Shown one piece after another: positions 26,451 through 39,077 of a stretch of DNA of 64,000 nucleotides. Position numbers and translations under genes: made by a program. Origin of the DNA: Octopus bimaculoides (lineage: Eukaryota); assembly GCF_001194135.2 (NCBI RefSeq), contig NC_068987.1, forward strand, positions 14,158,726 to 14,222,725, written 5' to 3'. The number at the start of each line of letters is the position of its first letter. The stretch's first letter is position 1. The notes under the pieces are model-generated. The model was given only the letters and a program-made list of their open reading frames with translations. It did no database searches and had not been told where the DNA came from.

Positions 26451-28360
26451 AGTAAGAAGAATAAGGCTATCAGCAAATGTTAAAATAAATACAAAGGAAA
26501 ACTTTTATATATATTTTGAATTAGAAATCAATGATGAGATTACTGTATTTGATGGCATAGAAGATGTACTTTTCAAGTGCCTATAAAAAAAAAAACCCCT
26601 CAGGTCCTATATGCAAAGTTGGGCCTCCCAATAGCTTTAATATACTAAAAACATGGTTTCCTGAATATGTACAGCTAGGGTGCATCGAATATGCCATCAA
26701 ATATGGTAACCAAATTTCTTTTATACAAAAGTTATGAAATGGATATTGTGTTTAATAGTTTCTTTTGAAAAATTGCTTTCATAATAAAATTACAAACAAA
26801 CAAAAAAATCCCATATGAAAGCTGGAAACATTTTGAATTCATACTGTGCAAAAGTATTTAGTGTAAGGTCAATTTAAGTAGATGACTTCACACTTAACTT
26901 CAACTATAAACTGATTTGAAGGTATAAGTTTTCAAAAAAAAGTCAACTTGTGATTTTTAAGAATATCATTATTTATTAAGTATGATAACATCGAGATAAT
27001 CAATGTTAAAACAAAATCGGCTGGTTTTTAATTAATAGAAATGACAAAAGAGAGAGAGAGAGAGACAAGAAGAGGAAGAGAAAAATGCAACATGGCTACT
27101 GCTTAAGTGGTTTAATCTACTGAGAATCAGCAACTTCAGCACTTCAATTTAATCCATTAAAAAAAAAAAAATCAACAAAATTGGTTGACTAAGATAAGAT
27201 AAAATGTCTTTCAGTGAAAATAATTATCATGAAAGTAAAAGAAATTTAATACCATTATCATTGAACAACAATCTTCCTACAAGTTACTTCTCAAAATTAA
27301 AACAGCTTAGATGTAAAAGATACACATATGAACCAACATCTAAATTATTTTGGTGCTGCTGTAGAGCAAGAAGTAATCTCTTGAGTCCATGGGTCACTTT
27401 TTAACTGAAGAACATTAACTATCAATATAATTCTCCTGTAAATTTTTGGTTCTGCATATGTTTAATTAATATGTAGAATTAATTGAACATACTTAGGCAT
27501 TCCTGTATTCCAATCTTCATAATTGTATCACGTAGAAAGAAACAATGTAAATTTTGTTGGCCCATATCATTTTTGTTTTTACCATAAAAAATTATTGGGC
27601 CCCTATATACACAACAAAACATATATATTAACATTAGATCTCTAGAACCTGTGGGCTCCCAGGTAACTGCCCATGGTGCTTATGACTTAAGATGACATCA
27701 CAGTGACTGCTTCAATTGTTGGTTGTTGCTAATATTTTAAGAGTTTATTCTCATAGAGCATTCCTGTTATCCACTGGAATAACCCAATGAATTATATAAT
27801 ACAAGAGAATGTATATTTTGTGAACACCTTTTCCCTTAAGAGTAGTCTTTGATTATTTAATTGACAAGGCATTTAGATAGAAGTGCCAAATGTGAAATAG
27901 TAGATTGAAATTTAAATTTTTCTCCAGTCTGTCCCATTCCTCTCTGGGCTCTACATCTATTTTAATGTGTTTTTTTTATATATATAATTGTAGTACATTA
28001 GACAAAATGCTTAGTGATATTTCTTCCAGTTCTTTATGTTCCAAGTTCAAATCCTATTGGAGGTTGATTTTTACCTTACATCCTTGGTGGGAAGGGAGTC
28101 AAGAAAATAAGTATGAGTTGAACACCGAGTCATTGTAATCAACTTGCATTCTCCTCTAAAATTACTGGTGTTGCACCAAAATTTGAAACAATTTTATTGA
28201 ATAAACACTAAATAGCTGTAAGCAATTTATACAATTTACTTAAAACTAGGACAAAAAAGAAAATAAATGTAGATTCAACACATTTTGTGGGGTCCTGTTT
28301 TAGTTGCATCATTGTAAATCTGGCACTTAAACATTTAAAAAAAATTTTAATCAGGAAGGG

Positions 28361-28456
28361 TGGGAGGCATTGTTTATGACCCTTTATAGAGCCTCTGAAA
28401 CTTGTGGGAGGCATTGTTTATGACCCTTTATAGAGCCTCTGAAACTTGTGGGAGGA
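28361..28456. repeat. Exact tandem duplication of a 44-bp unit
   Basis: GGGAGGCATTGTTTATGACCCTTTATAGAGCCTCTGAAACTTGT occurs twice. Confidence 0.85.
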
Positions 28457-28593
28457 AGAAAAATATCTTTAAACTGGAGATCAGGTCCAAATGCCTGCAA
28501 CGGAATGGACTCCACTAGAGGTACCTAAGGACAGGTAATGGTGTTAAAGCAGGAGATAGACTTATTCTCCCGTCAATGTAGGCCATGGAAGGA

Positions 28594-28668
28594 TTTGAAC
28601 TCAGAATGCAGAGAGCTGTTTGAACTCAGAATGCAGAGAGCTGTTTGAACTCAGAATGCAGAGAGCTG
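28594..28668. repeat. Three tandem copies of a 25-bp unit derived from a SINE B-box region
   Basis: TTTGAACTCAGAATGCAGAGAGCTG x3 with no spacers. Confidence 0.85.
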
Positions 28669-31600
28669 AAACAAATACGATTAGACATCTGATTCAACAT
28701 TCTCACAATTCTATCAATCCACCATCTTGGATTTTTTAAAATTGATTCTGAAAGGATGAAAGGCAAAGTTGACCCTGCCAGGATTTGACCTCAGAATAAA
28801 TATGAGTGTGCCAATTTTCCATCTTGAGAAAAAAAACACCCGCAAAACTCTTCTGTTGGTGCCCAAAGCATGTGCACATTTTAAATAGTGGCTAATCCAA
28901 GCCTGAGTAATCTTCAAGCAAAATCAAGAGCAAAGGTCAGTGAACTTGTAATGTTAGGAGAGGCACAGAAAAGAGACAGTAGACAGTACATAACAGTCAG
29001 TCTCATTCTGCTTGGCCAACAGAAATGTTCGTGCACTGCCTTTGTTTCAAACTATTTTGAAAATAATGAAGAATTTAGTGAAACAACTTTGTCATTATTA
29101 TGCTAGAGTTTGAAATAAGTTAAAGTTTCAATGGATATTCTAATCCAGGATCGCTTTAACATAGGAAGTTTGTATCACAAAAAAGGGGTAGTCTTGGGCT
29201 GGTTGGTATCAAAAGGGTTAAGCACATGACAAACGTTTCCCTTTTTCTGGAAGTGGTGCCAATGCATTCAGGTGAATTTTCCAGAAGAATGTAGTATTTA
29301 TTTTGGGCCACCATGTAAACTGAATAAAACTGTACTATGTACCAGCAAGCAGTGTCTTCTATTACAATTATCCCCTCCATAGATGCTTTATAGGAATATC
29401 AAAGTCGAGCCCAACTACTAGATTGGTACTCTATTTTATCATGCCCAAAAGGTCGAGAGGTAAAGTTCACCACAGAGAGATTTGAACTCGGAACATAAAG
29501 GGCAGTAACTAAATGCTGCAAGAAATTTGTTCGACGCTCTAGCGATTCTCAACTCACTAGGTCCCAATATTTGAACTGAAAACGAATAGGTTATTAGTTC
29601 AGAACCACATTCAATTGGGCTTTTTTTTTTTTACTGCCACGTTTAATATCCTTAGGAAAGACATGAACACCACGAATTCCCATTATCAACCCTGATAAAA
29701 TATAGGATTCCAGTATAGACGTAAGGAATATTACAGGGTCAACAAGAAACATCAATATTTAAAGAAAAATTAAAAAAAAAAAACCTTCGGTATTCAAAAG
29801 ATAGAATAATGAATTTTAGTATATGTGGCAGACAAGGAAATCTATACCAATGCAAAGTCTAAAAGTTAGCAATGTGGAATCGTTTATATTAGAGATGTGT
29901 AAAATAGAGTAAAAGCTTTTATATATATATATATATATATATNNNNNNNNNNNNNNNNNNNNNNNNNNNNNNNNNNNNNNNNNNNNNNNNNNNNNNNNNN
30001 NNNNNNNNNNNNNNNNNNNNNNNNNNNNNNNNNNNNNNNNNNNNNNNNNNNNNNNNNNNNNNNNNNNNNNNNNNNNNNNNTATATAGGAAAGTCACTTCA
30101 ACATCGGAATAGAGACATTAAGGTTTGGGATGACTTTAATATAAAGAACTAATGCGATATGCATTTCCCCCTTACAAAGTTAGATGCGTGTCTATATACC
30201 AACTCACACGAATGTATGTGTATACAGACACGTAGTCGATAAGCATTCCGTAAGTTAATAGCAGATCAACTGCATGTCTAGTATATTTTGGGGGAAGTTT
30301 AGGCGGAAAATTTTACATACTGTACACATATGTGTATGTATGTGCATATATATATAATCTCTATCCATAATAGGTTTGCAATATCAGAATCTTTGGGGCA
30401 AAAGTGAGAAAGAAAAAAAAACTTTGAGAAAAGCAATCGTACTTTAAATTTTTACTTAAAATCCAATTAAGACGTTTTCACAGGTTCCAATTTAGCTAGA
30501 AGATAGGAATTACAGAAAAATGTAAAATAATATAGAAATTACAAAAATTATAAAATGATAAAAAGTATAGATACAAAAAAATACTTTATTGCCAGTTGAA
30601 AAAAAAATTACGTGTAACATGAAGATACTACATACTCCGAAGAAATTGCTGATCTTAGCGATTTTCATGGATTTCATGTTTTGTGTTATAATAAGAGTAT
30701 TTGTAGTTAAGAAAACTAAAATTAAAGTGGGTGGAAGAAGGAACTGATTCAGAGTATACGTAAGGAAAGGAAATTCTAACTAAACTCAGAAAAATTATCG
30801 TTAACAGGGAACAGAAAGGCGAGTGAAGGGCTTATCCGAGACGTAATAAGATCATCTTTAAAATAGTTTTCATGAATCAGGTATCCGTGGCCCTACTTCG
30901 CCTGCTTTTACTTTTTTCCAAAAACCATTTTATAGTGTGTGTGTATTATACATACACATATTATTAGCGAAAGGCCCTACGGAGAACTCGTCCGTTTTTT
31001 TTTTTTTCAGTTTTACAGGATATTAACCAGGCTCCCACTATCAAAATTGAAGTGTACCTTCTAAATAATTGCGTATAGAATCGGTAACTGGATTCTAGTG
31101 CGTATGTATATATATATATATATATATANNNNNNNNNNNNNNNNNNNNNNNNNNNNNNNNNNNNNNNNNNNNNNNNNNNNNNNNNNNNNNNNNNNNNNNN
31201 NNNNNNNNNNNNNNNNNNNNNNNNNNNNNNNNNNNNNNNNNNNNNNNNNNNNNNNNNNNNNNNNNNNNNNNNNNNNNNNNNNNNNNNNNNNNNNNNNNNN
31301 NNNNNNNNNNNNNNNNNNNNNNNNNNNNNNNNNNNNNNNNNNNNNNNNNNNNNNNNNNNNNNNNNNNNNNNNNNNNNNNNNNNNNNNNNNNNNNNNNNNN
31401 NNNNNNNNNNNNNNNNNNNNNNNNNNNNNAGAAGAAACTTCTAGCACCAGCCACCTTTGCTAAAGACAAAAATAAATAAATAAACATCAGTTTGCGAAAG
31501 CTTTCATCTCTCTTATGCCAGAATAATTGTTATAATTATTTATAAATTAAAAATTTTTTTTTTTTAAATGCAGTTGTAAACAATAGCAAAAAAGTTAGAG

Positions 31601-31816
31601 CACCGTGCAGTGTGAATGATGTAAATTTGTTTTTATATTTCTACGTACGCGTAAAGAAAGAATAGTATAGCTAGCTAAAATTGTCTTGTACAGTATACAA
31701 GTCGACGTTAATTGTAGCCAAGATTTCCAAGAATACAAAACAGCATCACTCGTTTATTTTCTGTTAGCATAGCGATGATAAAACCATAAACGGAATGCAA
31801 ATATCAAAGAACTTAC

Positions 31817-31858
31817 CTTGTAAATACAGGCTTTAACACTTTGGTATAGGCGAGACAT
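31817..31858 (-). CDS. TMEM263: TMEM263-like gene, coding exon 1 (MSRLYQSVKACIYK)
   Basis: ATG at 31858 in a CpG-retaining region, 42 nt, followed by a perfect AAG|GTAAGT donor in phase 0 that matches exon 2. The peptide itself has no recognisable homology, so the assignment rests on splice signals and phase. Confidence 0.6.
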
Positions 31859-32006
31859 CGTGACGTTTTAATGTAGCACGTCAACAATGTTTCGGTATCG
31901 GAACTGCACGGCTACCTGGTTAGATTTAGGTTTTCTTTGTTTTGCTTGAGATTTTCTTGTGTCTTGAAGGAAGACAAAAAGTACCAGTAGAAATTGGTTT
32001 CTTCAG
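31859..32006. promoter_or_regulatory. Putative compact bidirectional promoter/5' UTR region between the TMEM263-like and hydrolase genes
   Basis: Divergent candidate start codons 148 bp apart. CpG density is raised relative to the flanks from about 31550 to 32600, and opposed CCAAT/ATTGG boxes lie at about 32449-32462. Confidence 0.45.
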
Positions 32007-32055
32007 ATGTCTGCCTATATGTCCCTCCTCCTGGATTCCGCTGGTGCTCAACTGA
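32007..32055 (+). CDS. Alpha/beta-hydrolase-fold gene, candidate coding exon 1 (MSAYMSLLLDSAGAQL)
   Basis: ATG at 32007, strong donor A|GTAAGC, phase 1, compatible with the phase-1 acceptor at 42779. No homology support for the peptide. Confidence 0.45.
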
Positions 32056-35053
32056 GTAAGCATACACGCTAAACAACAAAATATGATTATATATCTATCC
32101 CCCTCTCTCTATATATATACCTATCAATGTATATCCGAAATTCTGTCACTGACACATTGACTTTTTTTAAAGAGGGGGCGGGAGGGACTCGCTTATAGTT
32201 TTGTAAATTATATTTTTCTCGTTCCCCTGGCCACACACATACACAAACAAAATGAATGGAATTCGTATTAGTACTCTTTATCAATCATAAATCGTCCAGA
32301 TTAAAAGCGAAAATTACGAGACGATATAATGATAACGTAGCGAGGGATGGTGATGAAATAATAACAGCTACAAGATGAAGAGGTGAGAAAGGAATACAGC
32401 TGCCACGTTGTTTATTTTGCCATGTTGTTAGTCGCTGACGTCTGAAACCAATTTCTGATTGGTCTAACGCCCAGCCTCGTTTTCATTTCAGCGAATGCAA
32501 TTTCAAATCCAGACTCCGAACTGGCAATGATTTATCAATTTCACTGTCGAAGCAGTGATTTCACTGTTAGATCGTTTCTTCTATTTAAAAATCAACAACA
32601 TTTATCTTTTTTCTCTTTCGATTGCAAAATGTATTTCTTTTATTGCTTTTCAAGTGATTCGGAGCATCGCAGGATTTTTCTTACATCAGTCCCTTAGATG
32701 ATTTATTTGCGTTTCAAATCTGGTACATATTAAACTTAATATCTTAATGGTGTCAGATTAAAGGCTCTACAACGAAGCTATCATGATTTAATATTGATTT
32801 CTTTTTAAAGGAAAAACGATATGATCTGCTTTAATTCCATTTACATCTAGGATGCTTAAATGGAATATTAAATCGACCCACTTCTCGGCTCGTACTTTGT
32901 TTTATCGACCACGGAAGGAGGAACGGCAAAGTTGATATTGGAGAGGCTTGAACTTCGAAGACAGGCATTTTGCCCGATGTTCTACCGATTCTATTGATCC
33001 ATTACATATAGAGCATTTTTTTTTCTTTATTTAAAATATTTGAGCGGTTCGGTGAAAGAAACCGATAGAATAAGTACCAGGTTTTTTTTAATGTACTGGA
33101 GGTGATTCGTTCGACTAAAACCCTTCAACGCGGTGCCCCAACATGGTCGCACTCCAATGAATGAAACAAATATAAGATAAAAGATAATGACTGAGACATT
33201 CGAGGCTAAGGCCATGGCCCTTTTCCAAAACTCCAGAAGAGAACAACTTCAGACTGGAGATCAGTCTCAAATTCTTGCAACAAAGAAGACCACTAAAAAA
33301 CATTGAAGATGGTGGCGTTTATTCAGTTGACGAAGTAAGTTTCTTATCTCTCTCAGGAACAGCTACTCCAGCTAGCTTCCATTGAATTTCCATCTATCAA
33401 ATTTCCTATGTAACGAATGCTTCAATCTGACTGGGTCAGATTAATTACATTAACTACTGGGTCGTTTTAACTATATTATACTTCCTCAAGTAAAGATAGA
33501 TTAGCACAGGGTCGCTAAACTCGTGGGGCCCTGAACAACTGCCCAGTATGCCTATGTCTCAAGATGGTACTGGATTGTGGTACATCCATGATGTACCAAT
33601 GACGGAGTCGAAAAGTCTTTTAAGTCTCTGAGGCTGCTCCGTTTTTTAATCCAAAACAGAGCAACGTTCAGTGATCAGTCTTTTGTAGGTTGAAAGTGTT
33701 TCAGAAATCAGAATCCATCAAAAGTTTTCTGCACATGCACAAGTTCCACTGAGGTCGACTTTGCCTTTCTTCCTTTCAGGGTCGATAACATATGTACAAG
33801 TTGAGCACTGGGGCCGATGTAAACGGATTACCCTCTTTCCTAAAATTACTAGCTTTGTGTCAAAATTGAAACCTCATAACAAAATACATGACAAGCTAAG
33901 GCTTGAATTTTGAAACAAACGCCTGTAACTACTGTTGAAATGCGCTGTGTTGTTGCTTCTCAGTGTCTGTCTACATACGGTGGTTCCCTCCAAAAATTGA
34001 AATGTTGGGGTTTTGAAGCATCGTCTATTTATTCTTAACATTGCTCCTTCGGAATATCAGCTTTTGCTCCACTCAAAGCAATTTATGAGGCTGTCTGAAC
34101 TTCTCTATTGTAGTAATCGTATTCTGCATTAATTTTCGTCTAAAGGCTTTTGCCCAGATTTATGTTATTTCTTGGATTATCAAAGAACTTCGATGGAACC
34201 AAATATCCATGTATGTCTAGTGCAAACATTTCAGGACCCATGCACACCCACAATCCCGTTCAAAAATTATTCTTCATAAAATAAACTCAATTCAGATTAA
34301 ATTTCTTTACAGATTTGAATAAATATATTAATAATTGTTTCTAATATAGGCACATAGCTATAAATCTGGAGAGAAAGGGACAGTCGATTATATTGACCCC
34401 AGCACTTAATTGGTATTTTATTTTATTGATCCCAGAAAGAAGAAAGGTAAAGTTTACCACAACCGGATTTGAATTGAGAAAATAAGGACCGTAAATAAAT
34501 ACCACTAGGCATTTTATCTTAACAATTGTGTCTATCCACCGTCATACAAATAAATATAATTGTTTCTGATTTAGGTATAAGGTCAGTAATTCTGAGGGAA
34601 GAGGTCAGTTGAAACCATCGAACCCAGTAATTGACTGATACTTCATGTTATCAAAACCGGGAGGATGAAAAAGGAAGCTGACCGCAGCGGAATTTCAACT
34701 CAACGTCTGAAGAGCCAAAAGGAATACTGCAAGTACTAAAACAAAAAACAACAAAAAAAACTAGTCTCTTAACGCGCTAACCATTCTGCATTTCAATGAT
34801 TGATACAACGCAATAAACAGCTTTTCGTTTCAAAACACACAACTATTTAGTCTCACTCACTGACTTAATAGTTCTGTTCCGTAAACATTAGAAACCTGAA
34901 CTCTCGAACCCTGACCACTTTTAGACCATGAGTCATAAACCTCGTCTTTGAACACACACACATAGATATTATATATACAGATATATTATCTCTCTCTCTC
35001 TATATATATATATATAGAGAGAGAGAGGGGGGGAGAGCAATATTATAAGAGTA

Positions 35054-35380
35054 GGCCGATTTATAGGATTACCTTTGGTGGCGAAAATAAAAAATACGTA
35101 CACCCGGTGCTTAGGGTTAGGGTTTAGTTAGGGGTTAGGGTTTTTGTTACGCCGTAAACGGATGATGTACGTATTCTTTACCTCCGCCCTCTTAGTTTCA
35201 CGTCCACGAAGCGCTTAGCTTTACGGCGCATCATCATATTCCAAAACCTGTTGGCTTAAGGCCTCTCTACAAAATTCTAGAGAGGTCTTAAACTAACAGG
35301 TTTTGGGATTTGATGGTACGCCGTAAAGCTAAGCGCTTTATGGACGTAAAGCCAAAGGTAATCTCAAAAACCGGCCGATT
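35054..35380. mobile_element. Nested palindromic MITE-like structure containing TTAGGG repeats
   Basis: Outer arms GATTACCTTTGG / CCAAAGGTAATC, long hairpin at about 35197-35352, a second TTAGGG-bearing palindrome inserted in the left arm, GGCCGATT repeated at both ends. Confidence 0.6.
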
Positions 35381-36954
35381 ATAACTTTTATATTAAAATA
35401 AATAAATAAAATTTTGCAGCATTCATTTATTGTGAAAGGATCCCTTCCATGGGATCCCAAAACAGTCATGATTCGTCTTGTAAAATTTCCTCCAGAGGCT
35501 CTACACTTGTTTCTCTTCTTGTAAACCCATATTTGGTTTTAATGCCACTCCATAATCACAAGCAAAGCACCAGAATACACGATCCTTTCTCCACAGAACA
35601 TTAGTTAATCCTCTGGAATTCCTTGCCAATGTCTCCCCCACCACTCCGTATAGCTTATTAGCTGCACCAGTTTCACCGGTGTTGGACGTCTCTGCAAAAC
35701 TATGAAAACACCCCTTCCACCAGATAAAACCTTGATTTAAAAATAAAAGACGCTACGACAATTAAAGCCTTTGTTGAACAGTTATTTCACTTTGTAGACA
35801 TCGCTAATGTCACTGGGGAAGATATTTATGACATAACATCCAACGTCGACTAAACTTCGGAATTATTTTATGTAGAAAAATACTGCGGGAATCTATTCAA
35901 GCTGCGTCAAAGAAAAGGTTAAATTTATATTAAGAAAGTATGTCATTAAAATATCACTAAAACTACATATTCAGCCGCCTTCATTTCATTTGCTCATTTA
36001 AAAAATTATGTTTGCGGGAAGGCGGTGAGTTGGTATCATTACCACATCGGACAAAATGCTTCGTAATATTTTTCCCCCGCAACATTAATAGGTCGGCAAA
36101 ACATAAAATGAAAAACTTCATGCTATTTATTAACAAGAAATGACTCAAACCGACATTTAGAATTTGCCGCGTTTGGTGGTATATTGCGCAATGCGATTGA
36201 ATACGCACTCCGTATCTAAGTAAAACTAGACCGATCCAAATGCCTAACTTAACGAAGTATTTCAGCGTCACATGGCAGGTCGCATGACCAATCATTAGAG
36301 ACATGGAGCCGTTTTCAGAGTACTTAAGTCTAAACATGCAATTATAAAATTAGTCTCGCTACACATATATTGCTGATACATTATCTAATAGTGTTCTTGC
36401 AGGTCGAGAAAAGCTCTTGTGACCCAAATGTCTATTTGGTTCCAGAGAATGTTATTGTAGGTGTCCAAACATTTATTAATTCGCAAACATAAATCACTGG
36501 AGAATAATATTTCTGTAGAATGCTCGACTGGTCACCAACAAAGTTATATTTCCAAAGATTGACAATAATCGCATAAAGAACATGGAAAGTCACTGCATAT
36601 ATATAACCATATTAACCTGTACTTGAATAAGTGTAGATCAGTCCTATCTGAAAGGGGTCAGTTGCTAAGTTGTTCACAATTAGAATGAAGCCCCAAAAAT
36701 TGAGGCCACATCACAACTGTCTAACAGTAGATCGTGTGCAGAGTGTGGGGCTGGATGGGGGAAAGTTTTAGTTCTCTGTCTAGCTGAGGCACCCGGCATT
36801 GCCCGGGAATGAAATTGTTCCTTATATATTGGAAGAAAAAAGCAAAATATGTTGTAGAGAAATTTATTATTCTAAATTCAATTTAGTCTTCAATTGGGAT
36901 ACAATTTATTCTTCAGTTGGGAAATCAATTCACAATACAAAATAATAATAATAG

Positions 36955-37172
36955 TAATTTATTTCTTTATTGCCCACAGGGGGTTAAACATAGAGGGTAC
37001 AAACAAGGACAAAGGGATTAAGTCGATTACATCGATCCTAGTGCGTAACTGGTACTTATTTAATCGACCCCGAAAGGATGAAAGGCAAAGTCGACCTCGG
37101 CGGAATTTGAACTCAGAACGTAACGGTAAGCATTTCGCTAAGCATTTTGCCCGGCGTGCTAACGATTCTAAC
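36955..37172 (-). mobile_element. tRNA-derived SINE family A (long-tail variant)
   Basis: Reverse-complement family A. Its tail is nearly identical to 3460-3572. Confidence 0.82.
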
Positions 37173-37182
37173 ACGAAAAATT

Positions 37183-38285
37183 TTACCATATGCACAGTGT
37201 CGTTCTGGAAGAAGTTTAGATTCATGTTCATTCACAAATGCAACCAAGTCTGTGGTGTCATTATTTGTCTCTCTTGCTATGTCTCTTGAAGTTCAATCAT
37301 TAATTTGACGGTTTGTTTTTGGCAGCCCAGAGCCACAATCTAGCAAATTTTTGCCTCAATTTCAATCTGTACTTGGTTAAAATTTGTTTCAGAGAACTGA
37401 ATATTGATATCTGGGTTTGCCTGTTGAACTGCATACTTTAAGTCCTCAGCCATGTCCTCACGATGTTTCATCCAAAGCTGTAGGGGACTGCCAAGTTGAC
37501 ACGTGTTCAGTATAATTGCAAAAAGGTTACGGAGTTCCCTTGGAGAATCTGATACAGTCAACACAAGGTTCCAATGCTCATCGTTTTCTAAAAAACAACT
37601 TTGTTGAAAGCATGCTTCCCTATAAGTTTCACACATATGACCATTTATCCTCCTCGAATGTTGGAATGATTTGGGACCACATACTTCATGCAAAAAGAGC
37701 CATAAGTAGTAGCATTCTGCTTGGCTTGGGTGGGGGACACTGTAAACTCTTGCAAGAGCGTCGGCTCGTTTCATCTTGTGTCATTTATTGTTTCTGCAGG
37801 TGTAATACTTCGGTAATTGTGGGTAAAGGAGTTTTCTTGCATCTTCATCTACTTGACACAACTTAAAAATGGCAGTAAGTGTACCTTCTTTTCTAGAAAG
37901 TGCTTGTTGCAAGGTTGTTTGTTTTGTAAAGATAACCCAGTGGCCATTCTCTAGATGGCTACTGAGATGAATGATGGCTGGGTGCCTCTCATGAATGGGA
38001 AAATTGAAGATGCACCAAAAAGCCTCATTGGTACTGATGTATCTTCTTATGTCATACTGTACATCCTCGTCGTTTTATTTATCTGCTGACTGCCATTCTG
38101 CGTAAGAGTGTATGTTGCAGCATCTAAACCTTTGTTTATAAATTTGCAAACGTACTTAATAGAGTTAACTGAGTTGCAGAATTCAACAATGACTATGGCT
38201 ACGTGTGCTCGTCTTTGCTTCACTGTAGAATACTGATCATCTACGTCTACCTCAACTCCTCTTGTAGAGAGTGAGAGCATTGTTC
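37183..38285 (-). mobile_element. Helitron Rep/helicase fragment, decayed
   Basis: VEFCNSVNSIKYVCKFINKG (Rep motif N.E.C.S..SIKY..KY..KG), ECYYLWLFLHEVCGPKSF...TYREAC...LENDEHW...SPRELRNLFAIIL, then RETNND...LLPERHCAY. Several frameshifts. The downstream end abuts a SINE. Confidence 0.9.
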
Positions 38286-38490
38286 TCGGAAACTTTTTTC
38301 GAAAATTAAAACGGGTATTAAAAGAAAAAAATGAGCTTGAATATCTTCACAAGAGTGATTGCAATTAAATGGCGATTGTGGAACGCCTCACACGCGCGCG
38401 CACATACACGCACGCACACACACACATACACACACACAAACATATACACACAGTATCAAACATCAGATGAAATGGACGTCAGAGAGAGAG

Positions 38491-38727
38491 AAGGGGTGTG
38501 TTGTCATGTATACGCACATACATAAATATGCATACATATTTTTTGTATGTATGTATGAGTGCGTGCATGTGTGTGTGTGAGAGAGAGAGAGAAAGATAGA
38601 GAGAGTAAGTGCCACTTAGATATCACCCTCTCTCTCTCTCTCTCTGTGTCTCACACGCACACATACATTACAAAAAAGATGTATGCATATGTTTATGTAT
38701 GTACGTATACATGACAACACACCCCTT
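38491..38727. repeat. Imperfect ~237-bp palindrome of microsatellite-rich sequence next to the Helitron fragment
   Basis: Exact 24-bp outer arms AAGGGGTGTGTTGTCATGTATACG / CGTATACATGACAACACACCCCTT, centred on TAAGTG-C-CACTTA. Confidence 0.75.
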
Positions 38728-39077
38728 GACTGACTATCACCCTTTCTCTCACAAACTCTCACATACTTCAATGTATACAAACGTACATACAAAAACACGT
38801 GTGCGTATGTGACTGACTTGTGTGTGTGCGAGAGAAAGAGGGGGAGAGAGAACATTGCAAAGAATGAATGAAATAAACATGAAATTAAAAAATTTTATAA
38901 ATAAAAGCTCGTTAAAAACTATCGGATCTTTCTGAATTGACGGGCACCACTTTTCATTTATGTTTTATGTAGTGTTTTTGGTACCGAAACACTTTCAAAC
39001 TTCGTATACTTGTGTATTTTGTGTTATAGAACAGATAAAAAAATTTGTATTCTAAGTTAGTTCATGTAGAAAAATAG

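Noticed and set aside
28594-28668. 25-bp x3 repeat as a CRISPR-like array
   Set aside because: No spacers, SINE-derived sequence, eukaryotic context.
35400-35750. Possible transposase C-terminal remnant on the minus strand
   Set aside because: Several short frames but no motif I can assign.
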